Shown here piece after piece: positions 1 to 5,801 of a DNA stretch of 11,576 nucleotides. Position numbers and translations under genes: made by a program. The stretch's first letter is position 1; each line of letters begins with the position of its first letter. The notes below the pieces were generated by a model. That model was not told where the DNA came from. It searched no databases and saw only the letters and a program-made list of their open reading frames with translations. The stretch is from a virus (taxonomy: Duplodnaviria; Heunggongvirae; Uroviricota; Caudoviricetes), in the IMG/VR virus record IMGVR_UViG_3300021060_000024, positions 1 to 11,576 of that record; one strand, 5' to 3'.

Positions 1-1
1 G

Positions 2-229
2 GAGATGCAGGCCCAGCAGGCTGCGCGCCAGGACGTGCTCGCGATGATGGCCGACCGCTTCCGCGCCGAGCAGGGCGGCGTCGCCGCCGGGGCTGACCAG
101 CCCGCCTCGGGCTCGGGCACGCGCCAGGACCGCGGCTCCTCCAACGGCGGCTCCAGCCCGCTGAACAGGCCGCGCCGTGACCAGGACGGCGATGGCGTGG
201 TCGACGAGCGCTCCAACCGCGTCCGGTGA
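2..229 (+). CDS. C-terminal end of probable portal protein (5'-truncated)
   Basis: The frame is open from the window edge to TGA at 227-229, which overlaps the GTG of the next gene (GTGA). The sequence is a short helix (QAQQAARQDVLAMMADRF) plus a low-complexity tail. Identity rests mainly on its position directly upstream of the minor capsid gene. Confidence 0.55.
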   Translation, partial: EMQAQQAARQDVLAMMADRFRAEQGGVAAGADQPASGSGTRQDRGSSNGGSSPLNRPRRDQDGDGVVDERSNRVR

Positions 230-1485
230 GCACGCCCACCCTCGACCAGGTCGCTCCGCCCAACCCCTCGGGGCTGCCCGCGAGCGCCCCGCCCACGGTG
301 GAGCAGGCCGTCACCGCCTACCAGCTCGTGCTGGCGGCGGCGGTGGCTGGCGCCATCGCTGGCGTGATCCCCGGCCTGCCGGGGATGCCGATGGTCAACC
401 CGTTCACCTGGTGGTACTCCGGCGGCTCGAACTCGCCGGCCAACCGTGCCTTCATCGCACTGGCCACCGCCCAGGAGGTGGCCGCCGCGGCCGCGCGCGA
501 GTACGTCGTGGACGTCATGGCCGCCCAGGGGCACCTGGTCGCGCTGCCGGACCTGCGCCCCCTGGCTCTGGCCGGGGCCGCCAGCGACGGGCGCGACATC
601 GACAAGCTGCTGGAGCAGCCGATCTGGTCGGCCTGGGGCGCGCGCCAGGCGGGCGCCTCACCGGACGAGGCGCGCGCCGCGGCGGCCCTGACGATGGACC
701 GCATCCTGCACACGCAGATCATGGACGCCGCGCGCGAGGCCGTGGCCACGCACCTGGCCGCCGGACGCTCGATCAACCTGGACCCCGAGGACATCGACGC
801 CTACGAGGACGACTTCGAGCGCGGCGTGCAGCAGATCATCGACCGGATCAACCGCCAGCTCGACGACGAGGATGCCGCACTGCTCGTGCAGCGCGACGCG
901 CTGCGGGTGCTGCAGGACGAGGCCGCGCGCGAGCTGATCCGCGAGGCTGAGCGCATCACGCGCCGCGCCGCGCGCGAGGAGGCACGCGAGGCCGACCGCA
1001 CCCCGCGGGTCCAGCTCGGCTGGATCAGGGTCCTGACCCCGCCGTCGTGCGCGCGCTGCGTGGCCCTGGCCGGGCGCTGGTACCGCTGGAGCGATGACTT
1101 CCAGCGCCACGTCAACTGCGACTGCCTGCAGGTGCCCGCGGCCTCGGCCAAGGAGGCCCAGCCGATGGTGACCGAGCCCGACGTGTACTTCGCCAGCCTC
1201 ACCGAGGCCGAGCAGAACAAGACCTTCGGGGTCGCGGGCGCCGAGGCCATCCGCAGCGGGGCCGACATCGCCCGGGTGGTCAACGCCTACCGCAAGGGCT
1301 CGCTGTCGACGGTGGACGGCTACACGTACACCTCCGAGGGCACCACCAAGCGCGGCTTCTACCCCAAGACCGAAGGCGGCCAGGCTGGAGCGCGTCGCGC
1401 GACGCCGACCACGATCATCCGCGCCGCGGGGGGCGACCAGACCGAGGTCGTCCGCCTGCTCAAGCGCTTCGGCTACATCCGCTGA
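226..1485 (+). CDS. Minor capsid / head morphogenesis protein (MuF/SPP1 gp7-like, actinophage type), 419 aa
   Basis: Contains GWIRVLTPPSCARCVALAGRWYRWSDDFQRHVNCDC (CxxC...HxxCxC) and a C-terminal GTTKRG...IIRAAGGDQTEVVRLLKRFGYI. Both resemble motifs I recall from actinobacterial phage minor capsid proteins. It lies between the portal and scaffold genes. Confidence 0.8.
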   Translation: MSTPTLDQVAPPNPSGLPASAPPTVEQAVTAYQLVLAAAVAGAIAGVIPGLPGMPMVNPFTWWYSGGSNSPANRAFIALATAQEVAAAAAREYVVDVMAAQGHLVALPDLRPLALAGAASDGRDIDKLLEQPIWSAWGARQAGASPDEARAAAALTMDRILHTQIMDAAREAVATHLAAGRSINLDPEDIDAYEDDFERGVQQIIDRINRQLDDEDAALLVQRDALRVLQDEAARELIREAERITRRAAREEAREADRTPRVQLGWIRVLTPPSCARCVALAGRWYRWSDDFQRHVNCDCLQVPAASAKEAQPMVTEPDVYFASLTEAEQNKTFGVAGAEAIRSGADIARVVNAYRKGSLSTVDGYTYTSEGTTKRGFYPKTEGGQAGARRATPTTIIRAAGGDQTEVVRLLKRFGYIR

Positions 1486-1544
1486 CCAGAAGTTGTCGAT
1501 CCTGCCCCACAGACCACCCCCACACCGTGTGTGCTGCTCTCGAT

Positions 1545-1592
1545 CACCAGGCGCGAGGCCCGGTGGATGCAGGGAGCGGCGCGAGGTCGCTC
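1545..1592 (+). promoter_or_regulatory. Two tandem hairpins, each capped by an identical GCGAG loop, in the scaffold gene leader
   Basis: CACCAGGC-GCGAG-GCCCGGTG (1545-1565, one A.C mismatch) and GAGCGGC-GCGAG-GTCGCTC (1574-1592, one G.U pair). The 9-mer GGCGCGAGG occurs at 1550 and 1578. The SD-rich AGGAGAGGTG follows immediately. Confidence 0.55.
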
Positions 1593-1608
1593 AGGAGAGG
1601 TGGCACTG

Positions 1609-2340
1609 ATGGAGCGCACTGACAGCGTCGAGACGATCATCGACCGGTGGTTCGCGCAGCCCTTCGGGCTCGTGGGCGCTGAGCCGGACGACGACACGGG
1701 CGGCGGTGACGGTGGCGGCGACACCGGTGCCGGTGGCAACGCCGACCAGGGCGGCCAGGGTGGTCAGGATGGCGACGGGGGAGACAACCCCGGCGACGGC
1801 CTGACCGACGCGGGTCGCCAGGCGATCGACAGGGAGCGGCAGGCCGCACAGCGTGTGCGGGACAAGCTCAAGCCCTGGAACGCCCTCGCTCGCGAGACCG
1901 GGCTCACGCTCGATCAGATCCGCGAGCGGCTGATCGGCGGCGGGACCGGCGGGGGCAACTCCGGCGGCTCGGGTGATGGTGAGCAGGTGACCAAGGCCGA
2001 CATCGAGGCCGCACGCCGCGAGGGTGCGATCGAGGCGAACGCCAGGGCCAACCAGCGCATCATCAGGGCAGAGGTCAAGGCCCTCGCGGCTGACACCTTC
2101 GCTGATCCGAGGGACGCGGCGATCTTCCTCAACCTCGACGAGTTCGAGGTGGACGAGGACGGCGAGGTCGACTCCGACGCCATCAAGAAGGCCCTCAAGG
2201 ACGTGCTCAAGGACCGGCCGTACCTGGCCAAGCGCAAGGGCACGACCCAGACCTCGGGCGGTAGTCCCGACGGGGGAGCTCGCGAGACGCCCCCCAAGCC
2301 CAAGGGCATGTCGGACCTGATCCGCAACGCCCGCCGCTGA
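1609..2340 (+). CDS. Capsid scaffolding (head assembly) protein, 243 aa
   Basis: ATG at 1609 has GAGGTG 6 nt upstream, which is preferred over the ORF-track start at 1531. Gly/Asp-rich N-terminus, LTDAGRQAIDRERQ coiled coil, FADPRDA...DEDGEVDSDAIKKALKDVLKDRPYLAK C-terminal domain, basic tail. Located immediately upstream of the major capsid gene. Confidence 0.85.
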   Translation: MERTDSVETIIDRWFAQPFGLVGAEPDDDTGGGDGGGDTGAGGNADQGGQGGQDGDGGDNPGDGLTDAGRQAIDRERQAAQRVRDKLKPWNALARETGLTLDQIRERLIGGGTGGGNSGGSGDGEQVTKADIEAARREGAIEANARANQRIIRAEVKALAADTFADPRDAAIFLNLDEFEVDEDGEVDSDAIKKALKDVLKDRPYLAKRKGTTQTSGGSPDGGARETPPKPKGMSDLIRNARR

Positions 2341-2369
2341 CCCACACTCGAACCCGAGAGGAACACACC

Positions 2370-3371
2370 GTGTCCGACTTCACCAGGGGCCTCGCCTTCG
2401 CCGGTGGCGCCTACGACAACGTCACGTCGCGCTCCGACGTCGCCGCCCTCATCCCCGAGGAGGTCTCCAAGGAGATGCTCGGGAAGGCGACGCAGGGCTC
2501 GGCCGTGCTCCAGCTCTTCCGCTCCATCCCCGTGGCCCGCGCGGCCATCCGGTTCCCGATCCTCACCGCGCTGCCCATGGCCTACTGGGTCCAGGGCGAC
2601 ACGGGCCTCAAGCAGACCACCGAGATCGGCTGGTCGAACAAGTACATGACGGTCGAGGAGATCGCCACGATCCTCCCCGTGCCGGACAACGTCATGGCCG
2701 ATGTGGACGCGGACATCTGGGACGAGGCCCAGCCGCTGATCGTCGAGGCCTTCGGCCGCGTGCTGGACCAGGCCGTCTTCTTCGGCGCCAACGCCCCCGC
2801 CTCCTTCCCGACCAACATCCTCGCGGCCGTGGCCGCGGCGGGCAACGTCGTGACCGAGGGCACCGCGACCGCCGACAAGGGCGGCTTCTTCGGTGACGTG
2901 GACGAGCTCTACTCCAAGATCGAGGACGACGGCTTCGAGGTCACCGGCTGGATCGGTGCCACCTCGGCCAAGTCCAAGCTCCGCACGGTCCGCGACACCA
3001 CCGGGCGCAAGCTCGACGAGGGTCGCGTCTCGGGCGCGCTGGACAGCCTCGACGGCAACCCGCTGGTCTACCCGATGCGCGGCCTGTGGCCGACCGCGGG
3101 CTCGGCCGGGGCTGGCTCCAAGGGCGTGCGCCTCATCGGCGGCGACTGGAGCGAGTTCGTCGTGGGTGTCCGCCAGGACATCCAGCTCAAGGTGCTGACG
3201 GAGGCCGTCATCACCGACAACACCGGCGCCATCATCTACAACCTGGCTCAGCAGGACATGACGGCGGTGCGCCTGACCTTCCGTGTCGGATGGCAGGTCA
3301 CCAACCGGATCAACAACGACCAGCCGGACGCGACCAAGCGCTACCCGGTCGGCGTCATCCAGTACGCCTGA
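2370..3371 (+). CDS. Major capsid protein (HK97 fold), 333 aa
   Basis: AALIPEEVSKEM...SAVLQLFR...PILTALPMAYWVQGDTGLKQTT...EEIATILPVP...IVEAFGRVLDQAVFFG and GDWSEFVVGVRQDI...YNLAQQDMTAVRLTFRVGW match the recalled phage major capsid family pattern. SD GAGGA upstream; codon usage is strongly biased. Confidence 0.95.
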   Translation: MSDFTRGLAFAGGAYDNVTSRSDVAALIPEEVSKEMLGKATQGSAVLQLFRSIPVARAAIRFPILTALPMAYWVQGDTGLKQTTEIGWSNKYMTVEEIATILPVPDNVMADVDADIWDEAQPLIVEAFGRVLDQAVFFGANAPASFPTNILAAVAAAGNVVTEGTATADKGGFFGDVDELYSKIEDDGFEVTGWIGATSAKSKLRTVRDTTGRKLDEGRVSGALDSLDGNPLVYPMRGLWPTAGSAGAGSKGVRLIGGDWSEFVVGVRQDIQLKVLTEAVITDNTGAIIYNLAQQDMTAVRLTFRVGWQVTNRINNDQPDATKRYPVGVIQYA

Positions 3372-3397
3372 TCCCCACGACGGACGAGGAGACCACC

Positions 3398-3760
3398 ATG
3401 GCCGAGCGCCAGAGCCGCACCGCGGCTGAGAGCACCGAGACCAAGACCGAGTCCGCGCCTGACAACGCCTCGGGGGCCTACGCGGCCGCCGGGCGCCTGC
3501 AGGCGGGGGAGGCTGGCGAGATCGTCACCACGCGCGTGCCGCGCGGCGTCGGCGAGCCGGCCGCGGACGCCAAGGCCGAGGGCTTCGAGGGCGTCGCCGC
3601 CCTGCAGGAGCACGCGGTCAAGGTGGCCAACGAGGAGGCCGAGCAGGGCTTCCGCGGCGTGCAGGTCGACAGCACCCCCAACGAGAACTACACCCTCCGT
3701 GGCGTGGGTCGCGGGCTGCCGACCCCGGAGACCCAGGTCTTCACCCCCCGCGGTCGCTGA
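3398..3760 (+). CDS. Hypothetical post-capsid protein, 120 aa (possible capsid-associated/decoration protein)
   Basis: Strong SD GAGGAG before ATG 3398; the ORF-track start at 3086 is an off-frame overlap with the capsid gene. Disordered N-terminus followed by EEAEQGFRGVQVDSTPNENYTLRGVGRGLPTPET, a motif I recall (unverified) downstream of actinobacterial prophage capsid genes. Confidence 0.75.
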   Translation: MAERQSRTAAESTETKTESAPDNASGAYAAAGRLQAGEAGEIVTTRVPRGVGEPAADAKAEGFEGVAALQEHAVKVANEEAEQGFRGVQVDSTPNENYTLRGVGRGLPTPETQVFTPRGR

Positions 3761-3767
3761 CCGCATC

Positions 3768-3805
3768 GCGTAGGCCGGGTCACCCGACGGTGGCCCGGCC
3801 TACGC
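3768..3805 (+). terminator. Strong hairpin, probable intrinsic terminator/attenuator after the capsid genes
   Basis: GCGTAGGCCGGGTCACC-cgac-GGTGGCCCGGCCTACGC is a 17-bp stem with one G.U pair and a 4-nt loop, starting 8 nt after the stop codon. There is no U-tract, which is common for actinobacterial terminators. Confidence 0.75.
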
Positions 3806-3842
3806 TCGCTCCACCAGCCTTCGACTACCTGGAGTGATCCCC

Positions 3843-4109
3843 ATGGCACTGCGCGTGTGCGACTACTGCGGCAAGATCGACGACAAGGGACGGCACGTCC
3901 ACAGCGTCGCCCCTGGCGAGATCGAGGACGCGTCCAAGAAGGTCTACAACGCGGTGCTGAACTCCGACGCCTCCAACGACGACAAGCTCGCCGCCATGGA
4001 GAGCCTCAAGAACGACACGCTGCAGATCCGGCACATCGAGTGCTGCGCGGTCGCAGGGTGCCCCACGGGGACCTGCCAGGTCCCCGATGCTGTCCCTGAC
4101 ACCCCCTGA
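3843..4109 (+). CDS. Small Cys/His-rich putative metal (Zn)-binding protein, 88 aa
   Basis: SD GGAG 8 nt before ATG 3843. Motifs CDYC...RHVH...RHIECCAVAGCPTGTC contain 6 Cys and 3 His. Confidence 0.75.
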   Translation: MALRVCDYCGKIDDKGRHVHSVAPGEIEDASKKVYNAVLNSDASNDDKLAAMESLKNDTLQIRHIECCAVAGCPTGTCQVPDAVPDTP

Positions 4110-4136
4110 CGCCCTCGCGCAGACTGGAGACTCACC

Positions 4137-4538
4137 GTGGCTCTCGACCAGACGTTCGCCAAGGGCGTCAACGACTACATCCACAACGTGGCCGCTGCGC
4201 CGACGCTGTCGAACGCGCGCAAGCTCAAGCTCTGCTCGAACACGGGCACGAGCACCACGGCGGGCACCGAGGTGGCCACCGGCGGCGGCTACACCGCGGG
4301 CGGGGTCACGGTGACCTACTCGGCCGCCACGGCCGCCACGCCGTCGGTCTCGGCCAACGCGGCCGTCTCGATCACGAACACCCCGGCCTGGGGCTCGGTC
4401 GCCTCCATCGAGCTCACCGACGCCGCGGGCACCCCCGTGCGCCTGGAGTTCGGCGCCATCACCGGCGGCCCCAAGTCGACCAACTCCGGGGACACCCTGT
4501 CGTTCTCGGCAGGCTCGATCACCTCCGCCCTGCAGTGA
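4137..4538 (+). CDS. Small beta-rich phage fibre/minor structural protein, 133 aa (resembles the 'Gp80-like' tail-fibre-annotated family)
   Basis: SD GGAGA. The pattern LKLCSNTGTSTTAGTEVATGGGYTAGGVTVTY...SANAAVSIT...WGSVASIELTDAAG...FGAI...KSTNSGDTLSFSAGSIT matches the recalled pattern GTEV.G.GY.R...N...I.F......WGTI....I.DA..G....G.L...KTV.SGDT..F.AG.L. Confidence 0.7.
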   Translation: MALDQTFAKGVNDYIHNVAAAPTLSNARKLKLCSNTGTSTTAGTEVATGGGYTAGGVTVTYSAATAATPSVSANAAVSITNTPAWGSVASIELTDAAGTPVRLEFGAITGGPKSTNSGDTLSFSAGSITSALQ

Positions 4539-4542
4539 TCCG

Positions 4543-4638
4543 GCTGGGCGCTCATCCCGCCCAGCACCCTGCGCGCGGCAAGGCGCCCCGGTCCCCTCAG
4601 CCGGGGCGCCTGCCCAGTCGGCGCAGGCCGCCGCCTGC
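4543..4638 (+). promoter_or_regulatory. Cluster of intergenic stem-loops (possible attenuator or RNA stability element)
   Basis: GCTGGGCG/CGCCCAGC (4543-4550/4558-4565); AGGCGCCCCGG/CCGGGGCGCCT (4581-4591/4601-4611); CCTGCGC/GCGCAGG (4568-4574/4621-4627); GCAGGC/GCCTGC (4623-4628/4633-4638). Confidence 0.5.
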
Positions 4639-4665
4639 TCGACCGACCAAGAAGTGAGGTGACCC

Positions 4666-5784
4666 GTGGCCGACAGCAACGTCGCCATCACGGCCGGTAG
4701 CGGCACCCCAATCGACACCCAGATCCCCGCCGACGGCAGCGACCATCGCCAGGTCGTCGTGCTGGGCTCGCCCAGCACGAACGCGCGCGTGGCCGAAGTC
4801 GACGCGAACGGCCGCCTGCTCGTGGCCGCCACTGGCGGCTCGGCGGGTGCCATCGGCCCGACGCAGATCGAGAGCACCAGCGCCAACAGCGCGCTCGCGC
4901 TCGCCGTGAGCACCGCTGGCAACGTGACCTTCTGGCTCGCCGGGACGGCCACCACCACCACGGCTGCCGTCACCGCCGGCAGCGTGACCTTCGAGCAGTC
5001 GGTCGACAACACCAACTGGTCGCCCCTGCTGTGCGTGCGCTCGGACACCGGCGCCGCGGTCTCGACCTGGTCGGGCACCCTGTCCGCGGGCGTGGGGCTG
5101 GCCTTCGAGGCCGCTCTGGAGGGCGTGGCCTTCGTGCGCGTGCGCCCCACCGCCAACGCCAGCTCCGGCACCCTGTTCGCCACCATCATCGCTGGCGGCA
5201 TGGCGTTCAGCCCGTCAATGACCCTCACCGGCATCCCCGCGGTCACCCTGGCCGCGGGCAGCTCGGCCGTCGGCACCGTGGCTGCCCCCTCGATCACCAA
5301 GGCCACCCAGGCGTCCACCGGCTTCACCGTGCAGCCGCTGCGCGACGCGGGCCGCGTGGCCGTCACCCTCAACGCCAACCAGGTGGCCCCCTCGGCGGCG
5401 ACCACCGACGCGCTGACGAGCATGACCCCGGTGCGCGACGGCGTGAACGGCACCGCGGCCACGGCCTTCGCCGTCACCTCGGGCAAGCGCTTCCGCATCC
5501 AGAGCATCACGCTGTCGATGCGTCTGACCGCGGCCACGGCCGCCTGGTCGCGCTTCGCCATCCGCTCCACCCCCAGCGGCACCACGGTGGCCACGACCTC
5601 GCCGATCGTGTGGCAGATGGAGCTCTCCAGCCAGAACGTGGCCGCCACCGGCTACGTCGACCGCTTCCATGCCGACTTCCCCGACGGCCTGGAGCTGCCC
5701 TCGGCGGCCAACTTCGCCCTGGTCAGCCAGGCCAGCGGCACCGGCGTGGCCCTGACGGTCAGCATCGTCGGCTTCGAGTACTGA
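4666..5784 (+). CDS. Putative virion spike/fibre-base protein, 372 aa, beta-rich and multi-domain
   Basis: SD GAGGTG. N-terminal MADSNVAITAGSGT.IDT...HRQVV segment, a middle jelly-roll-like domain (SVTFEQSVDNTNW...FVRVR), and a C-terminal beta domain (VTSGKRFRIQSITLS...VSIVGFEY). Ala/Thr/Ser/Gly-rich, as in phage appendage proteins. Function is inferred only. Confidence 0.6.
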   Translation: MADSNVAITAGSGTPIDTQIPADGSDHRQVVVLGSPSTNARVAEVDANGRLLVAATGGSAGAIGPTQIESTSANSALALAVSTAGNVTFWLAGTATTTTAAVTAGSVTFEQSVDNTNWSPLLCVRSDTGAAVSTWSGTLSAGVGLAFEAALEGVAFVRVRPTANASSGTLFATIIAGGMAFSPSMTLTGIPAVTLAAGSSAVGTVAAPSITKATQASTGFTVQPLRDAGRVAVTLNANQVAPSAATTDALTSMTPVRDGVNGTAATAFAVTSGKRFRIQSITLSMRLTAATAAWSRFAIRSTPSGTTVATTSPIVWQMELSSQNVAATGYVDRFHADFPDGLELPSAANFALVSQASGTGVALTVSIVGFEY

Positions 5785-5801
5785 CCCCGGAGGGCTGAGC
5801 C

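Noticed and set aside
1126-1485. Polymorphic toxin domain fused to the MuF-like protein
   Set aside because: The C-terminus matches the ordinary family ending (…RLLKRFGYI). No nuclease or ADP-ribosyltransferase motif is present, and no immunity gene follows.
1493-1530. Promoter upstream of the scaffold gene (TTGTCG as -35)
   Set aside because: There is no TANNNT at 16-19 nt spacing. The nearest candidate (CACCGT) is 24 nt away.
1531-1608. Longer scaffold start at GTG 1531 (ORF track)
   Set aside because: It has no SD and the extension covers the hairpin leader. ATG 1609 has a well-spaced SD.
3086-3760. Possible -1 frameshift fusing the capsid protein to the downstream 120-aa protein (as in T7 10A/10B)
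   Set aside because: The -1 frame is open across the capsid stop, but I see no slippery heptamer near the end of the capsid gene. The downstream gene has its own strong SD, and long open off-frames are common at this GC content.
3825-5648. 607-aa antisense ORF and the other minus-strand or off-frame ORFs in the track
   Set aside because: They overlap well-supported + strand genes that have SD sites and family motifs. Their composition is typical of GC-rich shadow frames.
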